A stretch of DNA of 64,000 bases from assembly GCA_902805555.1 (NCBI GenBank), contig CADCSY010000005.1, positions 13,555 to 77,554 on the forward strand, in the 5' to 3' direction. Below the pieces are notes generated by a model. It saw only the letters and a program-made list of their open reading frames with translations. It was not told the origin of the DNA and did no database searches. A program made the translations under genes and the position numbers. The DNA is from an uncultured Acidimicrobiales bacterium (GTDB taxonomy: Bacteria > Actinomycetota > Acidimicrobiia > Acidimicrobiales > CADCSY01). Positions 49,508 through 58,822 of this stretch are shown here, in pieces (the stretch's first letter is position 1; each line of letters begins with the position of its first letter).

Positions 49508-51067
49508 GTGCCCAGGGCCACCGCCCGGTCGACCGCCGACAGGGCCCAGGTCGACGCCTGGCTGACGGCCAGGGACGACATCGTGGTCGAGGTCGGCCAG
49601 GGCCAGGTGGCGACCTCCCCGGACGGCGTGCGCACCGCCAGCTTCGGGGCCGAGGCCGGCCCGGTGCGGGCCTACCGGCGGGAGGTGACCGCCACCCCCC
49701 GCCCCGACGGCCGCTTCGAGGTGACGTCGGAGGCGCGCTTCGAGCTCGCCGTCCCCTACTTCGGCTTCCTCTTCGTCCCCGGCGTGCGGCGGGCGCTCCG
49801 GCAGGTGCCGACGCAGGACCGCCACCAGCCGTGGTGGGCGCCACCGGACCGCCTGGACGAGCGGGCCGCCGGGATCCTCGGCGTCCTCGCTGCCGCCTCC
49901 CTCGTCGCCGGCTACCTCGGCACCGTCCTCACCCAGACGATCACCTACGCGGTCGACGACTTCGGCATCGGCGGCGACCGCGCCCAGGGGACGGCGCTCG
50001 CGACCGTGCGCATCGGCATCGCCGTCGCCCTCGTGCTCGTGGCCATCGCGGATCGCAAGGGCCGGCGCCTCGTGCTGCTCGTGGCCGCCGCCGGTGGCTG
50101 CCTCCTCGCTGCGACCGGTGCGCTCGCCCCGTCCCTCGGCTGGCTGACCGCCAGCCAGACGGCGGCTCGCGCCTTCTCGACGGCGCTGGCGCTCCTGATC
50201 GCCATCGTGGCCGCCGAGGAGATGCCGCGCGGCTCCCGGGCCTACGCAGTGAGCGTGCTCGGCATGGCTGCGGCGCTCGGCGCAGGCACGTGCGTGCTGT
50301 TCCTGCCGGTCGCCGACCTCGGCGACCGGGCCTGGCGCATCCTCTACCTGCTCCCGCTGCTCGCCCTCCCCCTCATCCGGGGGATCGCCCGCCGCCTCCC
50401 CGAGAGCAGGCGCTTCGGCGCCCCCCACGCGAACGTGGGTCTTGCGGGTCACGGCGGCCGTCTGGCCCTGCTGGCGGCCTCCGCCTTCCTGCTGTCGCTC
50501 TTCACCGCCCCGGCGTCGCAGTTCCAGAACGAGTACCTGCGCGACGAGCGCGGCTTCAGCGCCGCCGGGATCGCAGCGTTCACCATCCTCACCAACACGC
50601 CGGGTGGGATCGGCATCGTCATCGGCGGTCGCCTGGCCGACGTGCGGGGCCGGCGGATCGTCGGTGCGGTCGGGCTCATCGGCGGCGTCGGCGCCACCGT
50701 CCTGATGTACCTGAGCGAGGGACCCGGCATCTACGTGTGGTCCGTCGTCGGCGCCATCGTGGGAGCGGCCACGGTCCCGGCCCTCGGCGTCTACGGCCCG
50801 GAGCTGTTCCCGACCTCGCTCCGGGGGCGGGCCAACGGGGTGATCGGGCTGTGCGGGGTCCTCGGCGCCAGCGCCGGCCTGCTCGCCGCCGGCACCCTGT
50901 CCGACCGCTTCGGCGGACTCGGCCCCGCCCTCTCCGTGCTCGCCGTCGGGCCGGCCGTGGTCGTCGCCCTCGTCCTCGTCGCCTACCCGGAGACGGCCCA
51001 CCGGGAGCTCGAGGACATCAACCCCGAGGACGAGCTCCCCGCCACCCCAGCCCTCCCCCTCACCTAG
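49508..51067 (+). CDS. MFS transporter with a ~130-aa N-terminal soluble extension
   Basis: The GTG lies 2 nt after the preceding stop. The extension is a non-membrane domain (RFEVTSEARFELAVPYFGFLF) and is followed by 12 TMs with MFS motifs. Confidence 0.72.
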   Translation: MPRATARSTADRAQVDAWLTARDDIVVEVGQGQVATSPDGVRTASFGAEAGPVRAYRREVTATPRPDGRFEVTSEARFELAVPYFGFLFVPGVRRALRQVPTQDRHQPWWAPPDRLDERAAGILGVLAAASLVAGYLGTVLTQTITYAVDDFGIGGDRAQGTALATVRIGIAVALVLVAIADRKGRRLVLLVAAAGGCLLAATGALAPSLGWLTASQTAARAFSTALALLIAIVAAEEMPRGSRAYAVSVLGMAAALGAGTCVLFLPVADLGDRAWRILYLLPLLALPLIRGIARRLPESRRFGAPHANVGLAGHGGRLALLAASAFLLSLFTAPASQFQNEYLRDERGFSAAGIAAFTILTNTPGGIGIVIGGRLADVRGRRIVGAVGLIGGVGATVLMYLSEGPGIYVWSVVGAIVGAATVPALGVYGPELFPTSLRGRANGVIGLCGVLGASAGLLAAGTLSDRFGGLGPALSVLAVGPAVVVALVLVAYPETAHRELEDINPEDELPATPALPLT

Positions 51068-51118
51068 GTGTCGTGACCCGATGGTCGGGGTCCGGGGTCC
51101 ACGAGCCCCTCCGTCGGC

Positions 51119-51685
51119 TCAGCGAGCGGTGACCCACGCGGACACCACCGCCGCCACCTCACCGTCGGCACCCCGCAGGTCGTGGCGGCCGCCCTCGACC
51201 CAGTGGTGGTGCACCGGCCCGGGTATGGCGGCCGTCGCCTCGAGCAGCTCGTCAGGGGTCCCGAAGGCGTCCCTCGTGCCCGACACGAACAGGCACGGCA
51301 CGTCGAGCGCCGGCAGGTGCTCGGTGCGGCGGCGGTCGGGCCTCCCCGGCGGGTGGAGGGGGTAGCCGACGAGCACGAGCCCGGCCGCGTCCAGGCCCTC
51401 GGCCACCGCCATCGAGCACATGCGACCACCCATCGACCGGCCGCCGAGCACGAGGCGCCCCGGCGAGACCCCGGCCTGGGCCGCCAGCACCCCCGCCTCC
51501 TCCCGCACCGAGGCGATCAGCACCGGCGCCCGGTCGGGCGGCCGTCGTCCGCCCCGGGTCCGGTAGGGGAAGTCGAAGCGGCGGACGGGCAGCGGCGAGA
51601 GGGCCGCCTCGATGGCGAGGAGCCCAGGGTGGTCCTTGTCGCTGCCGGCGCCGTGCGCCAGCAGCACGCCGGCGACCCCGCTCAA
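51119..51685 (-). CDS. Alpha/beta hydrolase (KANL3/Tex30-like small hydrolase)
   Basis: LLAHGAGS, the GGRSMGG nucleophile elbow, and a His near the C-terminus. The TTG start overlaps the TGA of the J-domain gene (TTGA). Confidence 0.55.
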   Translation of the reverse strand: MSGVAGVLLAHGAGSDKDHPGLLAIEAALSPLPVRRFDFPYRTRGGRRPPDRAPVLIASVREEAGVLAAQAGVSPGRLVLGGRSMGGRMCSMAVAEGLDAAGLVLVGYPLHPPGRPDRRRTEHLPALDVPCLFVSGTRDAFGTPDELLEATAAIPGPVHHHWVEGGRHDLRGADGEVAAVVSAWVTAR

Positions 51686-52410
51686 CGCGCGGGTGTCGAC
51701 GCCGGGATGGCCGCTGTCAGGAGGATGCGCCGAGCCTCGGACAGCTCGCTGATGCGGTCGGCCGCCCGCTCGGACTCGCCACCGTGGTCGGGGTGGGCGG
51801 CCCGGAGCAGCCGGCGGAAGCGGCGCTGGACCTCGTCTCGCTCGGGCGACGCCCGGGAGGCGAAGCCCAGGGTCTCGAGCGCCCACTGCTCGGGATCGGC
51901 GAAGGCGCCCGCCGACCACGACCTCGCGCCGGCGGCCCCGGAGAGGTGCGCCACCATGGCCGGTCCCACCGGCCCCTGCCAGCGCATCCCCCGGCGGAGG
52001 ACCTCCATCACGCTGCGACGCGCGCTGAGGTCGAGCGCACCCGCGGCGTACACGGCACCGAGGATCTGGGACGCAGCCGTGCCCTGCTCGTCGAACTCGA
52101 AGTCGAGCGCGTCCCCCCGGCCGACGAGGCGGTGCCGGCTGCGGGCCAGGCCGATGTGGTCGACCTGGAGGCGGTGGCGGAGCCGGGGCTGGGGGATCCT
52201 GCGGCTCGCCTCCAGGTCGGTGACGAGCCGGCCGAGCTCGGGGAGCAGCTCGGCGTCGAGGTCGCCGATGTGGGCGGCCACGATCCCGCCCAGCAGCACG
52301 CCCCCGAAGCCGGGGGCGGGGTCCACGGGGAGCGTCGAGCGCCCGAGCGCCACCCTTCGGGTGGGGGCGATGGGCCGGCTGTGCCAGATCTCGAGCTCGG
52401 CCAGCAGCAC
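51682..52410 (-). CDS. J-domain (DnaJ-like) protein
   Basis: C-terminal J domain with an HPD motif (FRRLLRAAHPDHGGESERAADRISELSEARRIL). GTG start. Confidence 0.6.
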   Translation of the reverse strand: MLLAELEIWHSRPIAPTRRVALGRSTLPVDPAPGFGGVLLGGIVAAHIGDLDAELLPELGRLVTDLEASRRIPQPRLRHRLQVDHIGLARSRHRLVGRGDALDFEFDEQGTAASQILGAVYAAGALDLSARRSVMEVLRRGMRWQGPVGPAMVAHLSGAAGARSWSAGAFADPEQWALETLGFASRASPERDEVQRRFRRLLRAAHPDHGGESERAADRISELSEARRILLTAAIPASTPAR

Positions 52411-52526
52411 CGACCAACCGTACCGGCGCTCCCTGCGCTACGAGGAGGCGACAGGCGCCGCAGCTGCCGCTCGGGCTCCGCCCCCGACCGGGTCGGCGGC
52501 ACGTCCGGGGGCCCGGACGCCGCAGG

Positions 52527-53213
52527 TCACACGAGCGGGCGCAGCCGGCTCCTCAGGGAGCCGGCGAGCGCCTGGACCTCCTCGTCGTCGGCGTGCGCCT
52601 CGAGCAGCCCGGCGAGCCGGCCGACCTCCTCGGTGACCGAGGACCACGTCCCGCCGTCGAGCCCGTAGGGGGCGGGCCGGCCTGCCACCACCGGGGCGAG
52701 CTCGAGCACCTCGATCACCGCGCCGGACGCCGCCGGATCACCGCTCAGGACGTCGGCTGCGACGTAGAGGTCGCCGAGGAGCTCGGCGCCGCCGTCGTCG
52801 TCCTCGTCCTCGGGCTCGAGCGCGTCGGGATGGTCGATGGCGTCGATGAGCTCCTCGGTGAGGTCGGCCCAGCGCTCGGGCACCACGACCTCGTCCTCCC
52901 GCCACTCGTGGGCCACGCGCTCGGCCAGCAGCGCCACCGTGAGCGCCTCCCGCTCGACCGGGCCCCAGTCCTCGAGGTCGTAGCCGACCTCCTCCTCGCC
53001 CTCGGGCCACGGCTCGACCGCGACGGGCACCTCGGGACCGTCTGGGCCCTCCCGGTCAGGGGCTCCTGGTGCGCCCTCGGCCGTGGTGGTCCCCGGCGAC
53101 GCGTGCTCCGTCCCCTCCACCGGGTCGGGCACGAGCGCCACCCGGCAGTCGGCGCAGACGGTGGCGGCGGCCAGGTAGGTCTCGCCGCACAGTGGACAGC
53201 TGGCCGTGCTCAC
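52527..53213 (-). CDS. Hypothetical zinc-ribbon plus acidic-domain protein
   Basis: CPLCGETY...CADCRV is a Cys4 ribbon, followed by a strongly acidic region (EPEDEDDDGGAELL). The GTG start overlaps the S9 peptidase TGA (GTGA). Confidence 0.5.
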   Translation of the reverse strand: MSTASCPLCGETYLAAATVCADCRVALVPDPVEGTEHASPGTTTAEGAPGAPDREGPDGPEVPVAVEPWPEGEEEVGYDLEDWGPVEREALTVALLAERVAHEWREDEVVVPERWADLTEELIDAIDHPDALEPEDEDDDGGAELLGDLYVAADVLSGDPAASGAVIEVLELAPVVAGRPAPYGLDGGTWSSVTEEVGRLAGLLEAHADDEEVQALAGSLRSRLRPLV

Positions 53214-55279
53214 GATGATCCCCCTCTTGTCGCTGCCCTCACGTCGTCCTCTCCCGTCCTCGCCCCAGGCCGCTCCGCTCCGGTGCTCCGCTCCTGGCCT
53301 GCGGCCGGGCCGCTCGGGCCCCGCTCCGCTCCAATGTTCCGCTCCTGGCCTGCGGCCGGGCCGCTCGGGCCCCGCTCCGCTCCGGTGCTCCGCTCCTGGC
53401 CTGCGGCCGGGCCGCTCGGGCCCCGCTCCGCTCCGGGCGGCACCCGCCGGCGCAGCACGTGGCGTCGCAGGAAGGAGGAGGTGCGCTCGAGCTCGTCGAT
53501 GACGGTGGCGGGTCGGGCCCAGCCGTGCCCCTCGCCGTCGTAGAGGTGGAGCTCGACGGTGCGGCCGAGCGCCCGGAGCCTGTCGGCGATGGCGACGGAC
53601 TGCGCCGGAGGCACAACCGGGTCGTCGCTGCCCTGGAGGATGAGCAGCGGGGCGGTGATGGCGTCGGCCCGGTTCACCGGCGACCGGTCGCGGTACGCCT
53701 CGGCTGCCCCGGGGAGCGGACCGACCAACGTGTGGAGGTAGTGCGCCTCGAAGCGGTGCGTCGTCTCGTCGAGGTCGAACAGGTCGGTCACGCCGAAGAG
53801 GTCGATGCCGGCCGCGCACAGCTCCGGGTGCGCAGCGAGCACGTTCAACACGGTGAAGCCGCCCGCCGAGCCCCCCATGACCACGAGGCGCCGCTCGTCA
53901 CCCCACCCCCGCTCCCCCGCCGCCCGCAGGCCGGCGGCGACGTCCTCCACGTCGAGCTCGCCCCACCGGCCGGCCATGGCCTGGGCGTAGGCCCGGCCGT
54001 GCCCCGTCGACCCCCGGTGGTCGGGCACGAGCACCGCCCAGCCGGCGTCCACCCAGAAGGCGATCCGGGCGTTCCAGGTGACCGGCCACTGGTCGGTCGG
54101 TCCGCCGTGGACCCAGGCGATGAGGGGCGGGGGCGCTCCGTGGTCGAGGTGGGCCGGGGTGTAGAGGCGGCCCTGCACGTCGCACCCGTCGGCGCCGGGC
54201 CATGTCACCACCTCGGGCTCCACGAGCGCCGCCCCCTCGAACCCGGCCACCGGCCCCCGGGCGACGGTCCGACGGGTGCCGAGGTCGGGGCCCTCGTGGA
54301 CCACGATCTGGGTCGGCGTCCTCGCGCCGCTGCGGACGGCGGCGAGGCGGCCTCCCGCCCACGAGACGGCCCCGTGGGTGCCGCGCCCGAGGCGACGGTG
54401 ACCGCCGTCGGCCAGGTCGACGACGACGAGGTCACCGAAGCCCCCCTCGACGTTGCGGCACACGGCCACGGCCGTGCCCTCGGGGGACCAGCACCAGCTC
54501 CGCTGCCCGTGGCCCCACGCCGGTCCGCCGTGCTCGTCGTCCCCGGACAGCAGCGCCTCGGCACCCGTCCCGTCCGGCTCGTACGCCCACACGTTGGCGA
54601 AGCCGGACCGGTCGTCGACGAGGCCGATGCGGGCGCCGTCGGGGCTGTACCGGGGCTGCCCCACGCTGCGGTCGTCACCCCCGGCCACGACCGCCGGCGG
54701 GCGGCTCCCGTCGGCCGGGGCGACGACGATGCGGCTGGCGTCCCACGCCATGGCCGGGGTCGACCACTCGTGCCATGAGACCTCGGTGCCGTCGGCCGAC
54801 CACGCCGGGTCGAGCGCGAAGTCGGCATCCCCCGAGAGCCGCAGGGGCCAGCGCCCCCCGGGCCGGAGCTCGACGACGGCCACGTCCCGGGTGTCGACGA
54901 CGTAGGCCACCCGGGTCCCGTCCGGGGCGACCGCCGGGGCGGCGCAGCGGCCGCCACCCCCGCCCACGAGCCTGCGGGGCGGCCCGCCGCCGACGTGCTG
55001 CAGCCACAGGCCGCCGTCGTCGGCCGCGTAGACGAGACCGGATCCGTCCGGCAGCCAGTCGAAGGTGCCGCCCCCGTAGGCACGGGCCGCCAGCGGTGAC
55101 GGGGTGGTGGTCACGACCTGCTCGTGACCGCCGTCGAGGTCGACCACCACGAGGTCGGCCCGCCCCGCCTGGGTGGCGACGAAGGCGATGCGGGTCCCAT
55201 CGGACGAGAGGCGGGGCTCCCCGAGCGTCCGGCCGCCGGCGCACATGGCGGCGGTGATGCGGACGGTGGACGGGGGCAC
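53210..55279 (-). CDS. S9 family serine peptidase (prolyl oligopeptidase/acylaminoacyl-peptidase-like) with an N-terminal beta-propeller
   Basis: Nucleophile GGSAGG and the catalytic His region GEGHGW. GTG start. The C-terminal ~75 aa are translated repeat elements. Confidence 0.85.
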   Translation of the reverse strand: MPPSTVRITAAMCAGGRTLGEPRLSSDGTRIAFVATQAGRADLVVVDLDGGHEQVVTTTPSPLAARAYGGGTFDWLPDGSGLVYAADDGGLWLQHVGGGPPRRLVGGGGGRCAAPAVAPDGTRVAYVVDTRDVAVVELRPGGRWPLRLSGDADFALDPAWSADGTEVSWHEWSTPAMAWDASRIVVAPADGSRPPAVVAGGDDRSVGQPRYSPDGARIGLVDDRSGFANVWAYEPDGTGAEALLSGDDEHGGPAWGHGQRSWCWSPEGTAVAVCRNVEGGFGDLVVVDLADGGHRRLGRGTHGAVSWAGGRLAAVRSGARTPTQIVVHEGPDLGTRRTVARGPVAGFEGAALVEPEVVTWPGADGCDVQGRLYTPAHLDHGAPPPLIAWVHGGPTDQWPVTWNARIAFWVDAGWAVLVPDHRGSTGHGRAYAQAMAGRWGELDVEDVAAGLRAAGERGWGDERRLVVMGGSAGGFTVLNVLAAHPELCAAGIDLFGVTDLFDLDETTHRFEAHYLHTLVGPLPGAAEAYRDRSPVNRADAITAPLLILQGSDDPVVPPAQSVAIADRLRALGRTVELHLYDGEGHGWARPATVIDELERTSSFLRRHVLRRRVPPGAERGPSGPAAGQERSTGAERGPSGPAAGQERNIGAERGPSGPAAGQERSTGAERPGARTGEDDVRAATRGGSS
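53239..53440 (-). repeat. MIRU-like repeat, locus D. Three full tandem 51-bp copies plus a partial copy.
   Basis: The unit tccgctcctggcctgcggccgggccgctcgggccccgctccgctcc(ggtgc) has period 51 with copies at 53286, 53337 and 53388. It is read in frame as (GAERGPSGPAAGQERST)x3 at the C-terminus of the S9 peptidase ORF. Confidence 0.85.
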
Positions 55280-55364
55280 GGCGCGAGTCTGTCCGACGCC
55301 AGGAGGTGCGGTCGCCGCCCGTCCGGGTCCGGGAGGGCACGGTGCCCAGGGCTAGGTTGCGCCC

Positions 55365-56363
55365 ATGCGCCCCGCCGAGAAGCAGGTCCCCGATCGCAAC
55401 CTGGCCATGGAGCTCGTTCGGGTCACCGAGGCGGCCGCCCTGGCCGCGTCCCGGTTCGTGGGCAGGGCCGACAAGGAGGGCGCCGACGGCGCCGCAGTCG
55501 ACGCCATGCGGGTCGTCCTCGGGAGCGTCCCCATGGACGGGATCGTCGTCATCGGGGAGGGCGAGAAGGACGAGGCGCCCATGCTCTACAACGGCGAGCG
55601 GATCGGTGACGGCACGCCCCCCGAGACCGACATCGCCGTCGACCCGGTGGAGGGCACCACCCTCACGGCCATGGGCCAGGGCAACGCCATCTCGGTGATC
55701 GCCGTCTCCGAGCGGGGCTCGATGTTCGACCCCGGCCCCTGCGTGTACATGGAGAAGATCGCCGCCGGGCCCGACTGCGTCGGCGTCATCGACATCACGA
55801 GGACACCCACCGAGAACCTCCGTGCCGTCGCACAGGCGAAGGGCGAGTCCGTCCGCGACCTGACCGCCGTCATCCTCGACCGTCCACGCCACGACGACCT
55901 CGTGGCCGAGGTCCGGGCCGCCGGTGCCCGCATCCGCCTCATCTCCGCAGGGGACGTCATCGGCGCCATCTCCACCGCCTGGCCCGACAGCGGCGCCGAC
56001 ATCCTGTTCGGGATCGGCGGGACCCCCGAGGGCGTCATCTCCGCCGCCGCCCTCAAGTGCATGGGTGGCGAGCTGCAGGGCCGGCTGTGGCCACGCGACG
56101 ACGAGGAGCGCCAGGCCGCCGTCGACCTGGGCTACGACGTGGATGCCGTGCTCACCCTCGACGACCTCGTGAGGGGCGAGAACTCGTTCTTCGCCTGCAC
56201 CGGCATCACCGACGGCGAGGTGCTCAAGGGCGTGCACTACGACGCCAGGGGAGCCACCACGGACTCGCTCGTCATGCGCTCGAAGTCGGGGACCGTCCGT
56301 CGCATCGGCGCCCGGCACCGGCTCAACAAGCTCGCCGAGTACAGCTCGATCGAGTTCGGCTGA
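55365..56363 (+). CDS. glpX: Fructose-1,6-bisphosphatase class II
   Basis: GlpX homology throughout ([42 protein letters not shown]). Confidence 0.92.
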   Translation: MRPAEKQVPDRNLAMELVRVTEAAALAASRFVGRADKEGADGAAVDAMRVVLGSVPMDGIVVIGEGEKDEAPMLYNGERIGDGTPPETDIAVDPVEGTTLTAMGQGNAISVIAVSERGSMFDPGPCVYMEKIAAGPDCVGVIDITRTPTENLRAVAQAKGESVRDLTAVILDRPRHDDLVAEVRAAGARIRLISAGDVIGAISTAWPDSGADILFGIGGTPEGVISAAALKCMGGELQGRLWPRDDEERQAAVDLGYDVDAVLTLDDLVRGENSFFACTGITDGEVLKGVHYDARGATTDSLVMRSKSGTVRRIGARHRLNKLAEYSSIEFG

Positions 56364-56404
56364 CCGACGGGCCCGGGTCGGGCGCCCACCCGTCGACCGC
56401 CCGC

Positions 56405-58822
56405 ATGACCGACGCGGGAGGTGAGGCGACGAAGCCGGCGACCGCCGCGACCGGGAGCCCCGCATCGTCGCCGTGGTGGCTGGCGGTGCCAGCGCTGGCG
56501 CCGCTGGCCGTGTGGCTGGAGGCCCTCCGACTCGACCGGGTCCTCGCACCCGGGGACGGCCTCACCTACTACCTCCCGGTGCAGATCGTGGCTGCCCGGT
56601 CGTGGCGGGCCGGCAGCATCCCCTCCTGGGACCGCTACTCGTTCGCGGGCTCGCCCCTGCTGGCCACCGGGCAGGTCGGCGCCTTCTACCCGCCGAACCT
56701 CGTGCACCTCGTGCTGTCCCCGGCGGTCGCCCACGACCTCCTGGTCGTCCTCGCCCTCGCCGTCGCGGGGCTCGGAGGCGCGCTCCTCGGCCGGCGGCTC
56801 ACCGGTGACCCGGTGGCCGGTGCGGTCGCAGGCCTCGCGTTCGGCCTCTCGGGCTTCCTCTTCGGGCACCTCAACCACCTCGCCATCTCCGCGACCGCCT
56901 GCTGGTTGCCGTGGGCGCTCCTCGGGGTCGAGCGGCTGCTCGAGCGGCCCCGCCCGCTCCGGCTCCTCGGCGCCGCGGCACCGGTCGCAGCCGCCGCCGT
57001 CGCCGGCCACCCGCAGCTGCTCCTCGTGGTGGTGGCGGTGGTCGTGCTGTGGGCCGCCGCAGTCGGCCTCGGCGAGCGGAGCTGGCGACCGCTGCTGCTC
57101 GGGGTCCTGACCGCCGTCGCCGGCCTCGGCCTCGGCGCGGTGCAGCTGGTCCCTGCGCTGCACCACCTCGGCCAGAGCGACCGGGCGTCGCTCACCTTCG
57201 CCCAGGCCATGAGCTGGTCGTACGGGCCTCGGGAGTCGCTGCTGCTCGTGTTCCCCCACCTGTTCGGGAGCCAGGGTGGGAGCGGCCCGTTCACCGCCCC
57301 CTACGCCGGCGAGTGGAGCCAGAACGAGCTCTCCGGCTACGTCGGCGCCGCCGCCCTGGTGCTGGGCGCTGCCGGTCTCGCAGCCGCCCACCGGGCCCGG
57401 CGGCTCCTCCCGATCGGGACCATCGCCGTCGTCGGCGCCCTCGTGGCGCTCGGTGACACCACGCCCGTCGGCCGGGTCGTGCACGCCCTCCCCGTCCTCG
57501 GCCAGCTCCGCTCGTGGGGTCGTGCCACCGTCGCCCTCGACCTGGCGGTGGCCGTCCTCGCCGCCTACGGCGTGGCCGCCGTCCGCGCCGGCCAGCCGCT
57601 CGGGCGGCGTCGGCCGGAGGCTCTCGACGCGACGGTGGGCGGTGGTGGGGTGGCGGGCGAGCCCGTGGCGGCACGTCGGCCAGGAGGGGCCGCCCCTGCC
57701 CCCGTCGCCCGGCGTGCACCGGCAGCCGTGCTGGGCGTGCTCGGGGTGCTCGCCCTCGTAGGACTGCTCCTCCCCCAGTCGCCCCACGGGGCGCCGGCGT
57801 GGTGGGCGGTCGGGTTGCCGATCGCCGCGGCCGGTGCCGCCCTCGCCGCCACCAGGTCGCCCCGGCGGCTCGTGGGCGGCGCGCTGGTGCTCGTGGTCGG
57901 GCTCGACATGGTGCTGTCGTTCGGGTGGTGGCACCGGTGGCGGGAGCAGTCACCCACGAGTGCCCAGGTGGCGGCCGCCCTCGACCCCGCGGTGCCGCCG
58001 CGCTGGGGCGCTGTGCCCGACGTGCCGGGGGGGATCGAGCGGGTCGCCTTCGACCTGGAGGACCCCCTCGAGGCACTGCCCGACGTCCCCCGCACCACCT
58101 CGGCCAAGGGCATCCTCACGGTGGCCGGCTACGACCCCCTGGCCCCGGCGGACCACCTGGAGGCCGTGGGCCTCGACTACCGGGGCGACGTCGACGAGCG
58201 CTCCCGGCTGCTCGCCCCGGGCTCCCACCTGGCCGACCTGCTCCGGGTCGCAGTGGTGGTCGGGAGCGACCTCGTGGGCCGACCCCGTGTCCCGGCGCTG
58301 CCGGAGGCGTTCCTCGTGGGCGAGGCGCGGAGGGTCGACCACGCCACGGCCGTGGGCGCGGCGCAGGGCAGGGGGGACCTCGAGCCCGAGCGGACGGCGC
58401 TCGTCGAGGGCTGCTCGGCGTGCGCCGCGCTGGACGACCCGGGCCCGGCCGGCGCTGCGGGCCCCGTCCGGTGGGGTCCGGCCTCGGCCTCGCTCGTGGT
58501 CGACGCCGAGCGCCCGGCCCTGCTCGTGCTCAGCCAGGCGTGGTCGCCCGGGTGGTCGGCGACGGTGGACGGAGAGCCGGCCGAGGTGGTGCGGACCGAC
58601 GGCGTGGTGCAGGGCGTCCCCCTCCCCCCCGGCTCGTCCCGGGTCGAGCTCAGGCACCGTGCCCCCGGCCTGCGCGACGGCGCGCTCGTCTCGAGCGCCA
58701 CGCTGCTCGTGCTGGTCGGCCTCAGCGCCAGGAGTCGAACCACATCCGGTCGTCCTGGAAGGGCTTGGTCGTCTCCACACCCGACCACACCGGGTACCAG
58801 AAGGCGAACGCGGCGATGGTGA
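56405..58822 (+). CDS. Large polytopic membrane protein, YfhO/GT-C-like (putative glycosyltransferase)
   Basis: About 13 TMs with a C-terminal beta-rich domain (SQAWSPGWSATVDGEPAEVVRTDGVVQGVPLPPGSSRVEL). The 3' ~100 nt overlap the convergent PMT gene, so the true stop may be earlier. Confidence 0.45.
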   Translation: MTDAGGEATKPATAATGSPASSPWWLAVPALAPLAVWLEALRLDRVLAPGDGLTYYLPVQIVAARSWRAGSIPSWDRYSFAGSPLLATGQVGAFYPPNLVHLVLSPAVAHDLLVVLALAVAGLGGALLGRRLTGDPVAGAVAGLAFGLSGFLFGHLNHLAISATACWLPWALLGVERLLERPRPLRLLGAAAPVAAAAVAGHPQLLLVVVAVVVLWAAAVGLGERSWRPLLLGVLTAVAGLGLGAVQLVPALHHLGQSDRASLTFAQAMSWSYGPRESLLLVFPHLFGSQGGSGPFTAPYAGEWSQNELSGYVGAAALVLGAAGLAAAHRARRLLPIGTIAVVGALVALGDTTPVGRVVHALPVLGQLRSWGRATVALDLAVAVLAAYGVAAVRAGQPLGRRRPEALDATVGGGGVAGEPVAARRPGGAAPAPVARRAPAAVLGVLGVLALVGLLLPQSPHGAPAWWAVGLPIAAAGAALAATRSPRRLVGGALVLVVGLDMVLSFGWWHRWREQSPTSAQVAAALDPAVPPRWGAVPDVPGGIERVAFDLEDPLEALPDVPRTTSAKGILTVAGYDPLAPADHLEAVGLDYRGDVDERSRLLAPGSHLADLLRVAVVVGSDLVGRPRVPALPEAFLVGEARRVDHATAVGAAQGRGDLEPERTALVEGCSACAALDDPGPAGAAGPVRWGPASASLVVDAERPALLVLSQAWSPGWSATVDGEPAEVVRTDGVVQGVPLPPGSSRVELRHRAPGLRDGALVSSATLLVLVGLSARSRTTSGRPGRAWSSPHPTTPGTRRRTRRW

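Noticed and set aside
49227-49844. Minus-strand ORFs 49227..49844 and 49237..49635 overlapping the small TM gene and the MFS 5' end
   Set aside because: R/P/G-rich artefact frames, antisense to a tightly coupled plus-strand gene chain.
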